A DNA stretch of 64,000 bases from Eledone cirrhosa. Taxonomy: Eukaryota. Positions 1 to 12,530 of the stretch are shown here, one piece after another (the first letter of the stretch is position 1; each line of letters opens with the position of its first letter). Under the pieces are notes generated by a model. That model ran no database searches. It had not been told where the DNA came from and worked only from the letters and a program-made list of their open reading frames with translations. The stretch lies in assembly GCA_964016885.1 (NCBI GenBank), contig OZ024742.1:6758001-6822000 (forward strand). Direction: 5' to 3'. Both the position numbers and the translations under genes were made by a program.

Positions 1-3000
1 ATGTAAGCAGTAGTGTGTGTGTAAGAACTAGTGTTTATGTAAGCACTAGTGTGTATGAAACCACGAGTGTGTGTGTAAGCAGTAGTGTGTATGTAAGCAG
101 TAGTGTGTATGTAAGCACTAGTGTGTATGTAGGCACTAGTGTGTGTGTAAGGACTAGTGTGTATGTAAGCACTAGTGTGTATGTAAGCACTAGTGTGTAT
201 GTAAGCATTAGTGTGTATGTAAGCACTAGTGTGTGTGTAAGCACTAGTGTGTATGTAAGCACTAGTGTGTATGTAAGCACTAGTGTGTATGTAAGCACTA
301 GTATGTGTGTAAGCACTAGTGTGTATGTAAGCTCTAGTGTGTATGTAAGCTCTAGTGTGTGTGTAAGCACTAGTGTGTATGTAAGCACTAGTGTGTATGT
401 AAGCACTAGTGTGTGTGTAAGCACTAGTGTGTATGTAAGCACTAGTGTGTATGTAAGCACTAGTGTGTATGTAAGCACTAGTATGTGTGTAAGCACTAGT
501 GTGTATGTCAGCTCTAGTGTGTATGTAAGCTCTAGTGTGTGTGTAAGCACTAGTGTGTATGTAAGCACTAGTGTGTATGTAAGCAGTGGTGTGTATGTAA
601 GCAGTAGTGTGTATGTAAGCACTAGTGTGTATGTAAGCACTAGTGTGTATGTAACCACTAGTGTGTATGTAAGCAGTAGTGTGTATGTAAGCAATAGTGT
701 GTATGTAAGCAGTAGTGTGTATGTAAGCACTAGTGTGTATGTAAGATCTAGTGTGTGTGTAAGCAGTAGTGTGTATGTAAGCAATAGTATATATGTAAGC
801 AGTAGTGTGTATGTAAGCACTAGTGTGTGTGTAAGCAGTAGTGTGCATGTAAGATCTAGTGTGTATGTAAGCAGTAGTGTGTCTGTAAGCACTAGTGTGT
901 ATGTATCACTAGTGTGTATGTAAGAACTAGTGTGTATGTAAGCACTAGTGTGTCTGTAAGCACTAGTGTGTATGTAAGCACTAGTATGTGTGTAAGCACT
1001 AGTGTGTATGTAAGCACTAGTGTGTATGTAAACTCTAGTGTGTATGTAAGCACTAGTGTGTATGTAAGCACTAGTGTGTATGTAAGCACTAGTGTGTGTG
1101 TAAGCACTAGTGTGTATGTAAGCACTAGTGTGTATGTAAGCACTAGTGTGTATGTAAGCACTAGTGTGTATGTAAGCACTAGTATGTGTGTAAGCACTAG
1201 TGTGTATGTAAGTTCTAGTGTGTGTGTAAGCACTAGTGTGTATGTAAGCACTAGTGTGTATGTAAGCACTTGCGTGTGTGTAAGCACTAGTGTGTATGTA
1301 AGCACTAGTGTGTATGTAAGCACTAGTGTGTATGTAAGCACTAGTATGTGTGTAAGCACTAGTGTGTATGTAAGCTCTAATGTGTGTGTAAGCACTAGTG
1401 TGTCTGTAAGCACTAGTGTGTATGTAAGCACTAGTGTGTATGTAAGCTCTAGTGTGTGTGTAAACACTAGTGTGTCTGTAAGCACTAGTGTGTATGTAAG
1501 CACTAGTGTGTATGTAAGCACTAGTATGTGTGTAAGCACTTGTGTGTATGTAAGTTCTAGTGTGTATGTAAGCTCTAGTGTGTGTGTAAACACTAGCGTG
1601 TATGTAAGCACTAGTGTGTATGTAAGCACTAGTGTGTATGTAAGCACTAGTATGTGTGTAAGCACTTGTGTGTATGTAAGTTCTAGTGTGTATGTAAGCT
1701 CTAGTGTGTGTGTAAGCACTAGCGTGTATGTAAGCACTAGTGTGTATGTAAGCACTAGTGTGTGTGTAAGCACTAGTGTGTATGTAAGCACTAGTGTGTA
1801 TGTAAGCACTAGTGTGTATGTAAGCACTAGTATGTGTGTAAGCACTAGTGTGTATGTAAGCTCTAGTGTGTATGTAAGCTCTAGCGTGTGTGTAACCACT
1901 AGTGTGTATGTAAGCACTAGTGTGTATGTAAGCACTAGTGTGTGTGTAAGCACTAGTGTGTATGTAAGCACTAGTGTGTGTGTAAGCACTAGTGTTTATG
2001 TAAGCACTAGTGTGTATGTAAGATCTAGTGTGTATGTAAGCACTAGTGTGTGTGTAAGCAGTAGTGTGTGTGTAAGCAGTAGTGTGTATGTAAGGACTAG
2101 TGTGTATGTAAGCAGTAGTGTGTATGTAAGCACTATTGTGTATGTAAGCTCTAGTGTGTGTGTAAGCACTAGTGTGTGTGTAAGCAGTAGTGTGTATGTA
2201 AGCTCTAGTGTGTGTGTAAGCAGTAGTGTGTATGTAATTTCTAGTGGGTATGTAAGCACTAGTGTGTGTGTAAGCACTAGTGTGTATGTAAGCACTAGTG
2301 TGTGTGTAAGATCTAGTGTGCATGTAAGCACTAGTGTGTATGTAAGATCTAGTGTGTATGTAAGCACTAGTGTGTATGTAAGATCTAGTGTGTATGTAAG
2401 CACTAGTGTGTATGTAAGCACTACTGTGTATGTAAGCAGTAGTGTGTGTGTAAGCACTAGTGTTTATGTAAACACTAGTGTGTATGTAAGCACTAGTGTT
2501 TATGTAAGCACTAGTGTGTATGTAAGCACTAGTGTGTATGTAAGCACTAGTGTGTGTGTAAGCAGTAGTGTGTATGTAAGCAGTAGTGTGTATGTAAGCA
2601 CTAGTGTGTATGTAAGATCTAGTGTGTATGTAAGCAGTAGTGTGTGTGTAAGCACTAGTGTTTATGTAAGCACTAGTGTGTATGTAAGCAGTTGTGTGTA
2701 TGTAAGCAGTAGTGTGTGTGTAAGCACTAGTGTTTATGTAAGCACTAGTGTGTATGTAACCACGAGTGTGTGTGTAAGCAGTAGTGTGTATGTAAGCAGT
2801 AGTGTGTATGTAAGCACTAGTGTGTATGTAAGCACTAGTGTGTGTGTAAGGACTAGTGTGTATGTAAGCACTAGTGTGTATGTAAGCACTAGTGTGTATG
2901 TAAGCATTAGTGTATATGTAAGCACTAGTGTGTGTGTAAGCACTAGTGTGTATGTAAGCACTAGTGTGTATGTAAGCACTAGTGTGTATGTAAGCACTAG

Positions 3001-6000
3001 TATGTGTGTAAGCACTAGTGTGTATGTAAGCTCTAGTGTGTATGTAAGCTCTAGTGTGTGTGTAAGCACTAGTGTGTATGTAAGCACTAGTGTGTATGTA
3101 AGCACTAGTGTGTGTGTAAGCACTAGTGTGTATGTAAGCACTAGTGTGTATGTAAGCACTAGTGTGTATGTAAGCACTAGTATGTGTGTAAGCACTAGTG
3201 TGTATGTCAGCTCTAGTGTGTATGTAAGCTCTAGTGTGTGTGTAAGCACTAGTGTGTATGTAAGCACTAGTGTGTATGTAAGCAGTTGTGTGTATGTAAG
3301 CAGTAGTGTGTATGGAAGCACTAGTGTGTATGTAAGCACTAGTGTGTATGTAACCACTAGTGTGTATGTAAGCAGTAGTGTGTATGTAAGCAATAGTGTG
3401 TATGTAAGCAGTAGTGTGTATGTAAGCACTAGTGTGTATGTAAGCTCTAGTGTGTGTGTAAGCAGTAGTGTGTATGTAAGCAATAGTATATATGTAAGCA
3501 GTAGTGTGTATGTAAGCACTAGTGTGTGTGTAAGCAGTAGTGTGTATGTAAGATCTAGTGTGTATGTAAGCAGTAGTGTGTCTGTAAGCACTAGTGTGTA
3601 TGTATCACTAGTGTGTATGTAAGAACTAGTGTGTATGTAAGCACTAGTGTGTCTGTAAACACTAGTGTGTATGTAAGCACTAGTATGTGTGTAAGCACTA
3701 GTGTGTATGTAAGCACTAGTGTGTATGTAAGCTCTAGTGTGTATGTAAGCACTAGTGTGTATGTAAGCACTAGTGTGTATGTAAGCACTAGTGTGTATGT
3801 AAGCACTAGTGTGTATGTAAGCACTAGTATGTGTGTAAGCACTAGTGTGTATGTAAGTTCTAGTGTGTGTGTAAGCACTAGTGTGTATGTAAGCACTAGT
3901 GTTTATGTAAGCACTTGTGTGTGTGTAAGCACTAGTGTGTGTGTAAGCACTAGTGTGTATGTAAGCACTAGTGTGTATGTAAGCACTAGTATGTGTGTAA
4001 GCACTAGTGTGTATGTAAGCTCTAATGTGTGTGTAAGCACTAGTGTGTCTGTAAGCACTAGTGTGTATGTAAGCACTAGTGTGTATGAAAGCACTAGTGT
4101 GTGTGTATGCACTAGTGTGTATGTAAGCACTAGTGTGTCTGTAAGCACTAGTGTGTATGTAAGCACTAGTATGTGTGTAAGCACTAGTGTGTATGTAAGA
4201 TCTAGTGTGTATGTAAGCACTAGTGTGTATGTAAGCACTAGTATGTGTGTAAGCACTAATGTGTATGTAAGCACTAGTATGTGTGTAAGCACTAGTGTGT
4301 ATGTAAGCTCTAGTGTGTATGTAAGCACTAGTGTGTATGTAAGCACTAGTGTGTATGTAAGCACTAGTGTGTATGTAAGCACTAGTATGTGTGTAAGCAC
4401 TAGTGTGTATGTAAGCTCTAGTGTGTGTGTAAACACTTGTGTGTCTGTAAGCACTAGTGTGTATGTAAGCACTAGTGTGTGTGTAAGCACTAGTGTGTAT
4501 GTAATCACTAGTGTGTGTGTAAGCACTAGTGTGTATGTAAGCACTAGTGTGTATGTAAGCACTAGTGTGTATGTAAGCACTAGTATGTGTGTAAGCACTA
4601 GTGTGTATGTAAGCTCTAGTGTGTATGTAAGCTCTAGTGTGTGTGTAAGCACTAGTGTGTATGTAAGCACTAGTGTGTATGTAAGCACTAGTGTGTGTGT
4701 AAGCACTAGTGTGTATGTAAGCACTAGTGTGTATGTAAGCACTAGTGTGTATGTAAGCACTAGTATGTGTGTAAGCACTAGTGTGTATGTAAGCTCTAGT
4801 GTGTATGTAAGCTCTAGCGTGTGTGTAAGCACTAGTGTGTAGGTAAGCACTAGTGTGTATGTAAGCACTAGTGTGTGTGTAAGCACTAGTGTGTATATAA
4901 GCACTAGTGTGTATGTAAGCACTAGTGTGTATGTAAACACTAGTATGTGTGTAAGCACTAGTGTGTATGTCAGTTCTAGTGTGTATGTAAGCTCTAGTGT
5001 GTGTGTAAGCGCTAGTGTGTATGTAAGCACTAGTGTGTATGTAAGCACTAGTGTGTATGTAAGCACTAGTGTGTATGTAAGCACTAGTGTGTATGTAAGC
5101 ACTAGTATGTGTGTAAGCACTAGTGTGTATGTAAGCTCTAGTGTGTGTGTAAGCACTAGTGTGTCTGTAAGCACTAGTGTGTATGTAAGCACTAGTGTGT
5201 ATGTAAGCTCTAGTGTGTATGTAAGCACTAGTGTGTATGTAAGTAGTAGTGTGTATGTAAGCACTAGTATGTGTGTAAGCAGTAGTGTGTATGTAAGCAC
5301 TAGTGTGTATGTAAGCAGTAGTGTGTATGTAAGATCTAGTGTGTATGTAAGCTCTAGTGTGTGTGTACGCACTAGTGTGTATGTAAGCACTAGTGTGTAT
5401 GTAAGCAGTAGTGTGTATGTAAGCAGTAGTGTGTATGTAAGCACTAGTGTGTATGTAAGCACTAGTGTGTATGTAACCACTAGTGTGTATGTAAGCAGTA
5501 GTGTGTATGTAAGCAATAGTGTGTATGTAAGCAGTAGTGTGTATGTAAGCACTAGTGTGTATGTAAACTCTAGTGTGTGTGTAAGCAGTAGTGTGTATGT
5601 AAGCAATAGTATATATGTAAGCAGTAGTGTGTATGTAAGCACTAGTCTGTGTGTAAGCAGTAGTGTGTATGTAAGATCTAGTGTGTATGTAAGCAGTAGT
5701 GTGTCTGTAAGCACTAGTGTGTATGTATCACTAGTGTGTATGTAAGAACTAGTGTGTATGTAAGCACTAGTGTGTCTGTAAGCACTAGTGTGTATGTAAG
5801 CACTAGTATGTGTGTAAGCACTAGTGTGTATGAAAGCACTAGTGTGTATGTAAGCTCTAGTGTGTATGTAAGCACTAGTGTGTATGTAAGCACTAGTGTG
5901 TATGTAAGCACTAGTGTGTGTGTAAGCACTAGTGTGTATGTAAGCACTAGTGTGTATGTAAGCACTAGTGTGTATGTAAGCACTAGTGTGTATGTAAGCA

Positions 6001-7847
6001 CTTGTGTGTGTGTAAGCACTAGTGTGTATGTAAGCACTAGTGTGTATGTAAGCACTAGTGTGTATGTAAGCACTAGTATGTGTGTAAGCACTAGTGTGTA
6101 TGTAAGCTCTAGTGTGTGTGTAAGCACTAGTGTGTCTGTAAGCACTAGTGTGTATGTAAGCACTAGTGTGTATGAAAGCACTAGTGTGTGTGTATGCACT
6201 AGTGTGTATGTAAGCACTAGTGTGTCTGTAAGCACTAGTGTGTATGTAAGCACTAGTATGTGTGTAAGCACTAGTGTGTATGTAAGCTCTAGTGTGTATG
6301 TAAGCACTAGTGTGTATGTAAGCACTAGTATGTGTGTAAGCACTAGTGTGTATGTAAGCACTAGTATGTGTGTAAGCACTAGTGTGTATGTAAGCTCTAG
6401 TGTGTATGTAAGCACTAGTGTGTATGTAAGCACTGGTGTGTATGTAAGCACTAGTGTGTATGTAAGCACTAGTATGTGTGTAAGCACTAGTGTGTATGTA
6501 AGCTCTAGTGTGTGTGTAAACACTAGTGTGTCTGTAAGCACTAGTGTGTATGTAAGCACTAGTGTGTGTGTAAGCACTAGTGTGTATGTAAGCACTAGTG
6601 TGTGTGTAAGCACTAGTGTGTATGTAAGCACTAGTGTGTATGTAAGCACTAGTGTGTATGTAAGCACTAGTATGTGTGTAAGCACTTGTGTGTATGTAAG
6701 CTCTAGTGTGTATGTAAGCTCTAGTGTGTGTGTAAGCACTAGTGTGTATGTAAGCACTAGTGTGTATGTAAGCACTAGTGTGTGTGTAAGCACTAGTGTG
6801 TATGTAAGCACTAGTGTGTATGTAAGCACTAGTGTGTATGTAAGCACTAGTATGTGTGTAAGCACTAGTGTGTATGTAAGCTCTAGTGTGTATGTAAGCT
6901 CTAGCGTGTGTGTAAGCACTAGTGTGTATGTAAGCACTAGTGTGTATGTAAGCACTAGTGTGTGTGTAAGCACTAGTGTGTATGTAAGCACTAGTGTGTA
7001 TGTAAGCACTAGTGTGTATGTAAACACTAGTATGTGTGTAAGCACTAGTGTGTATGTCAGTTCTAGTGTGTATGTAAGCTCTAGTGTGTGTGTAAGCACT
7101 AGTGTGTATGTAAGCACTAGTGTGTATGTAAGCACTAGTGTGTATGTAAGCACTAGTGTGTATGTAAGCACTAGTGTGTATGTAAGCACTAGTATGTGTG
7201 TAAGCACTAGTGTGTATGTAAGCTCTAGTGTGTGTGTAAGCACTAGTGTGTCTGTAAGTACTAGTGTGTATGTAAGCACTAGTGTGTATGTAAGCTCTAG
7301 TGTGTGTGTAAGCACTAGTGTGTATGTAAGCACAAGTGTGTATGTAAGCACTAGTGTGTATGTAAGCACTAGTGTGTATGTAAGCAGTAGTGTGTATGTA
7401 AGCACTAGTGTGTATGTAAGTAGTAGTGTGTATGTAAGCACTAGTATGTGTGTAAGCAGTAGTGTGTATGTAAGCACTAGTGTGTATGTAAGCAGTAGTG
7501 TGTATGTAAGATCTAGTGTGTATGTAAGCACTAGTGTGTATGTAAGCACTAGTGTGTATGTAAGCACTAGTGTATATGTAAGCACTAGTGTGTGTAAGCG
7601 CTAGTGTGTATGTAAGCAGTAGTACGTGTGTAAGCACTAGTGTGTATGTAAGCATTAGAGTTTCTGTAAGCACTAGTGTGTGTGTAAGCACTAGTGTGTA
7701 TGTAAGCTCTTGTGTGTCTGTAAGCACTAGTGTGTCTGTAAGCTCTTGTGTGTATGTAAGCTCTTGTGTGTCTGTAAACACTAGTGTGTATGTAAGTACT
7801 AGTGTGTATGTAAGCTCTTGTGTGTATGTAAGCACTATATATGTACA
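1..7847. repeat. 18-bp minisatellite array, consensus GTAAGCACTAGTGTGTAT (runs off the window start)
   Basis: Directly visible tandem units with point variants (AGCTCT, AGCAGT, AGATCT, TCTGT). Single 17-bp units at about 902, 3601 and 5724 shift the frame. Confidence 0.98.
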
Positions 7848-8011
7848 CAGTTCAAGAGTAACCAATCTTAAAGAGAGAGATGGAGATAGGAAAGGAGCGA
7901 TTGGTGAATTAGTTAGAAGCCAAAGCGTAAAGGCATGTGCTCAATGTGCAATATGCAGTAGAAAGCAGCTAGGTGGCTGGGTTCATGCAGAAGTTAGGCG
8001 GGCAGAGCTGG

Positions 8012-8642
8012 AAATATTCATTAGTTAAGCAAAACAAGACCACAAATTTCACAAGGAAGACATTATTAAAAGATTGTCAACATATTTTAGTTTTATGTAA
8101 GGAATGTAGAGAATAATAATAATAATATTAATAATAATAACTACCCACAATTTATAATCTCTCGAGGAGTTACTTCTCCTGAAACCACCCTCTAATTAGT
8201 AAGGTAAATATGTCCATTGGCGGCCATCATGTTACCCATAGGCAGATCTCACACAATGCAGCCTCGACAGATGAATATTGCTTGATTATAGCTGACAATT
8301 GATACACCCAGGACACCATAGTGAAATACCAATATATGAAACATTACATTATGTAACATTCTCTCCTTATCTTAATTTATATTCCTTTGAAGTTCCGATG
8401 AGCCGCTCTGTTTTTAAATGTGTTAATTATTTTCAACTGAACCAGATCAATAATGATATATAGTCATTTGATCCAGAAATATTATATGGAGTAGCGAAAC
8501 AATTGTAAACGGACATTATTACTATTAATATTATTATTATTATTGTCTACATTCCTTACATCAAACTAAAATATGTTGACAATCTTTTAATAATGTCTTC
8601 CTTGTGAAATTTGTGGTCTTGTTTTGCTTAACTAATGAATAT
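8012..8642. mobile_element. Fold-back element: ~130-bp inverted repeats (8012-8140 / 8515-8642) around a core with a hammerhead-like motif, probably Penelope pseudo-LTR derived
   Basis: ATATTCATTAGTTAAGCAAAACAAGACC... at ~8014 is the reverse complement of ...GGTCTTGTTTTGCTTAACTAATGAATAT ending at 8642. Followed by (CA)n(TA)n. Confidence 0.75.
8392..8510 (+). ncRNA. Minimal hammerhead ribozyme motif with mutated core (CCGATGA) and long stem II
   Basis: GTT-CCGATGA-GCCGCTCT...GGAGTAGC-GAAA-CAATTG-TA-AAC. Internal GATCAA/TTGATC hairpin extends stem II. Confidence 0.6.
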
Positions 8643-8657
8643 ACACACACACACACA

Positions 8658-8760
<103 letters not shown>

Positions 8761-8812
8761 AGTAAGTCAAATATGTAAAATTTGGGTTCCTTTATTATAA
8801 ATTATAAATTCT

Positions 8813-8865
8813 CTGCTATATATATTTCGGTGACAACTATTATTTGGGGTGACCTCTTCAGGCAG
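8813..8865 (-). ncRNA. Minimal type-I hammerhead ribozyme
   Basis: Minus strand reads CTGC-CTGAAGA-GGTCAC...GTCACC-GAAA-TATATA-TA-GCAG. Intact core, 4-bp stem I, one C-C mismatch in stem II. Confidence 0.8.
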
Positions 8866-8984
8866 TCCGAATTGGTGTAGAAAAAAAAGGTACACATATG
8901 GTTGAAATGTGTTCCACTGTGTCAATACATCGATATGTCTAACACCTGGGTGTGTTGTTAGTCCTCAATTTTCATTTATTACAT

Positions 8985-9092
8985 TTCAAATCACGCCGAG
9001 GTTAACTTTGCATTTCATTCTTACAGGTTCGATGAAATTAAGTACCAGTAATACCCTGGGACAATTGGTGGCCTTGTGCCACAGGTAGAAAC

Positions 9093-9097
<5 letters not shown>
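8985..9097 (+). mobile_element. 5'-truncated tRNA-derived SINE (Nin-domain-like core)
   Basis: TTCAAATCACGCCGAGGTTAACTTTGCATTTCAT...AAGTACCAG...GGCCTTGTGCC...GAAACAATT matches the fuller copies at 10271 and 43514. Confidence 0.85.
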
Positions 9098-9132
<35 letters not shown>

Positions 9133-9134
<2 letters not shown>

Positions 9135-9272
9135 TAGCAAAATGGCCCGGCTTTGCTCGGGATTTGCTCTAGGGTTCTTATATATTTGATATATATTTAT
9201 CCTTATCGAGCCTCGTGAAATAAATACGTTTGTTTATATTTTGTTATTGTGTATGCAAAAATATCTGTACAC

Positions 9273-9318
<46 letters not shown>

Positions 9319-9828
9319 GTTTCTACCTGTGGCACAAGGCCACCAATTGTCCCAGGGTATTACTGGTACTTAATTTCATCTAACCTGTAAGAATGAAATA
9401 TATATATTAAAATAACAAATTAAAGTTTAAGCAAAGAATCGCTGCTTTCACCCTTAACGGGATCTTCTGAAACTAAAAAAATCAATCTGTTACACACACA
9501 CACTATGTATATATATATACACACACACTATATATACATATATACACACACACAGATAGTGTCATAATGCAGACAGCCAGACATACAGACAGATATTATA
9601 AGGGCGCAACGTTATATCTATGTATCTATCTAAAACAGAAAGAGAGATCGCTAAATCGCCTAATGCGGTCCCTAGGGCATTGGAAATTTGAAATATTCTT
9701 TTCTCAAAACACTCACACGACCATAAGTATTACATGTGTAAAGTTTGAAAAAAATCGGTTGGGTGGTTCTCGAGTTTTAGGGAGTCAGACAGACAGGAAG
9801 ACAGACAGAAATGCTCTGTTTTATATAT
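9133..9828 (-). mobile_element. Non-autonomous Helitron
   Basis: Minus-strand 3' end is a CCCGAGCAAAGCCGGG hairpin, ~8 nt spacer and CTAG. The 5' part carries (GTCT)n and matches the heads at 11221 and 12531. Confidence 0.75.
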
Positions 9829-9831
9829 ATA

Positions 9832-10270
9832 CTAGCAGAATGGCCCGGCTTTACTCGGGATTTGCTCTAGGGTTCTTATATATTTGATATATATTTATCC
9901 TTATTGAGCCTCGTGAAATAAATACGTTATATTTTGTTATTGTGTATGCAAAAATATTTGTACACGAATATATAATTATATATATATCTCCTTCTAATAT
10001 ATAACCAGCAATTTCTCTGTCTGTCTGTCCGACAGTGAAAACACGTGCGCGCGTGGTTGCTATCTCTCTCTCTCTCCAGCTATCCCTCTCTTTTAGTCTG
10101 TCTGTTTCTCTCACTCTCACTCTTTCTCTTTGTAACACACTAACATTCCTCCCCTCTATCGCTGTGACGAATGGGGAGATGGAGGAGGAGGAGGTGGAGA
10201 GAGTCACTTCGTCACTTCACCTCTGCGTTTCTTTCTCTCCCCTCTCACTCCCTCATTACGTACAGCCATT
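9832..10270 (-). mobile_element. Second Helitron 3' portion, head-to-tail with the previous copy
   Basis: ACTAGCAGAATGGCCCGGCTTTACTCGGGATTTGC... repeats 9133-9275. Internal CT-rich segment is shared with 11670-11745 and 12070-12270. Confidence 0.65.
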
Positions 10271-10464
10271 AGGGCGGTGGATTGGCAGAATCTGTAGAGA
10301 GTCGGACACCATGCTTCATAGCATGGAGTTACGTCCCTTTACGGTCTGAGTACAAATACCGCCGAGGTTAACTTTGCCTTTCATCCTCACGGGGTCGATA
10401 AAATAAAGTACCAGTAATGTACTGGGTAATTGCTGGCCTTGTGCCAAAAGTAGAAACAATTATT
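10271..10464 (+). mobile_element. Full-length tRNA-derived SINE (Nin-domain-like)
   Basis: GGCGGTGGATTGGCAGAATC (A-box-like), GAGTACAAATAC (B-box-like), CCTTTCATCCT..GGGGTCGATAAAATAAAGTACCAG core, AATTATT tail. Several copies in the window. Confidence 0.9.
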
Positions 10465-10584
10465 AGAAACATTGCTTCATTTTTACATATCTAAGCATTA
10501 GTAAAATAACTAATAATTTCAAAAGTAATTTTTCAATTCCAATTGTTATGAACAGCAAAACATTAATAATAATTTTGTTCTAAG

Positions 10585-10711
10585 AAATATATATACATTT
10601 CTGTGTGTGTAATATATATATATATATACACACAGAAATATATATACATTTCTGTGTGTGTAATATTTATATATATACAGACAGAAATATATATACATTT
10701 CTGTGTGTGTA

Positions 10712-10742
<31 letters not shown>

Positions 10743-11220
10743 GAGAAATATATGGGCATTTCTCTGTTTGTTTGTCTGTCCGTCTGTAAAAAATGCCAAA
10801 TAGACGCGGTTTCAAATCTCTATACTTTTCAAATTCATTACATTAATCTTTATTTATACATTTCGCTTTACGAGTGTTTCGACTTACGAGTGTTTCGGCT
10901 TATCATTATATACAAACGTTTCTATTTCCATCGTTTTATCGTAAACGTTTATATATTTCCATCGTTATATCATAACGTTTATGTATCATAACGTTTATAT
11001 TTCCGTCACTAATCTCTTTTTCTCCTTTTTCGTTTTAACATATATTTATTTCAAAGATTTCACCGTATAGATAACATATATATTTATACATGCATAAAAG
11101 AGACACCGAGAGACGGTGAACATGTGGTGCCGAAAACATTTCTCATCCAAATCTCAACAATATCAGTATATACACTAGATTTGCTAGCAGAAAACCGCCC
11201 ACCGGTTGTTTTTCTGCTAG
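10585..11220 (+). mobile_element. Probable Helitron of a second family
   Basis: TGTT/TGTC microsatellite near 10765. Terminal hairpin GCTAGCAGAAAACCG...CGGTTGTTTTTCTGCTAG ends in CTAG at 11220. Three copies of ATATATACATTTCTGTGTGTGTAAT at its left. 5' boundary uncertain. Confidence 0.5.
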
Positions 11221-11242
11221 TCTATATATCTAACACAGAGTA

Positions 11243-11278
<36 letters not shown>

Positions 11279-11606
11279 AGCTCACTAAAACTTGAGAACC
11301 ACCCAACCGCTTGTTTTCAAACTTTACACATGTAATACTTATAGGCCTGTGAGTGTTTTGAGAAAAGAATATTTCAAATTTTCAATGCCCTAGGGACCGC
11401 ATTAGGCGATTTAGCGATCTTTATCTATAATTCTTAGTCTTTCTTTTTAGATAGATACATAGATATAACGTTGCTCCCTTATCATATCTGTCTGTATGTC
11501 TGGCAGTCTGCATTACGTCATTATGACGCGATCAGTGTGTGTGTGTGTATATTATGTATCGTAATGCAGACAGCAAGACATATAGCTTTCCTTCCTCTCT
11601 TCCAGC

Positions 11607-11681
<75 letters not shown>

Positions 11682-12290
11682 GCTATCCCCCTCTTTTAGT
11701 CTGTCTGTTTCTTTCACTCTCACTCTATCTCTTTATAACTCACTCACATTAATACTAAAGGGTTAAGGTATTGTTCTCAAAATAAATAATATTAAATCTA
11801 TGAGATTTTTATCTTATGTGAGATAAAGCCTTTACCATGAAAATAATATAGTTTATATAGAGTAATGTAAATGCTAAAGGATTAATTCCATCAGACCATG
11901 TGAGAGAGTTTATAATCACTCACGCACACATACACACTCACGCATGCAAACGCACACAAACTCACACACACACGCGCGCACGTACACACACATGCAATAG
12001 TTATTCTACTGTCATGTATCTTTGACGAATACAACTCTCAAAAGACGGCGTCTGTCACTCTCTCTCTCTCTCCCGCTATCCCCCTCTTTTAGTCTGTCTG
12101 TTTCTTTCACTCTCACTCTTTCTCTCTGTAACTCGTTCATATTTCTCCTCTCTATCTAAAAACGGTGTGACGAATGGGGAGAAGGAGGAGGAGGAGTAGA
12201 GAGCCACTTCTTAACTTCGCCTCTCCGTTTCTTCCTCTACCCTCTCAATCCCTCATTATGTACAAACATTGGCCACTTCACTAATTCGAT
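11221..12290 (+). mobile_element. Helitron 5' and internal portion
   Basis: Starts TCTATATATCTAA..CAGAG, then (GTCT)n, then AAACTTTACACATGTAATAC...CCCTAGGGACCGCATTAGGCG, shared with 12531 and with the reverse complement of 9600-9828. Confidence 0.65.
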
Positions 12291-12429
12291 CCCTAGGTCA
12301 GAATAATTTGAAATTATTTTGTGCTCAAAACACTTCCGGAGCCATACGTGTTACATGTGTATAGTTTGAAACAAATCGGTTGGGTACTTCTCGAGTTGTA
12401 GGGAAACAGACACACAGACATACATCCTC

Positions 12430-12440
<11 letters not shown>
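12290..12440 (-). mobile_element. Diverged Helitron 5' head, inverted
   Basis: TTACATGTGTATAGTTTGAAACAAATCGGTTGGGTACTTCTCGAG parallels 9730-9775 and abuts (TA)n. Confidence 0.6.
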
Positions 12441-12517
<77 letters not shown>

Positions 12518-12530
12518 ATATATATTGTTA

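Noticed and set aside
1-7847. CRISPR array or telomeric repeat
   Set aside because: No unique spacers, no cas genes, no TTAGGG. Eukaryotic repeat context.
15-7865. Long ORFs (VYVSTS / HTSAYI / LTYTLV repeats)
   Set aside because: Translations of a stop-free 18-bp satellite, open in several frames on both strands.
10271-10365. tRNA gene
   Set aside because: A/B boxes belong to a multi-copy SINE head, with no convincing cloverleaf.
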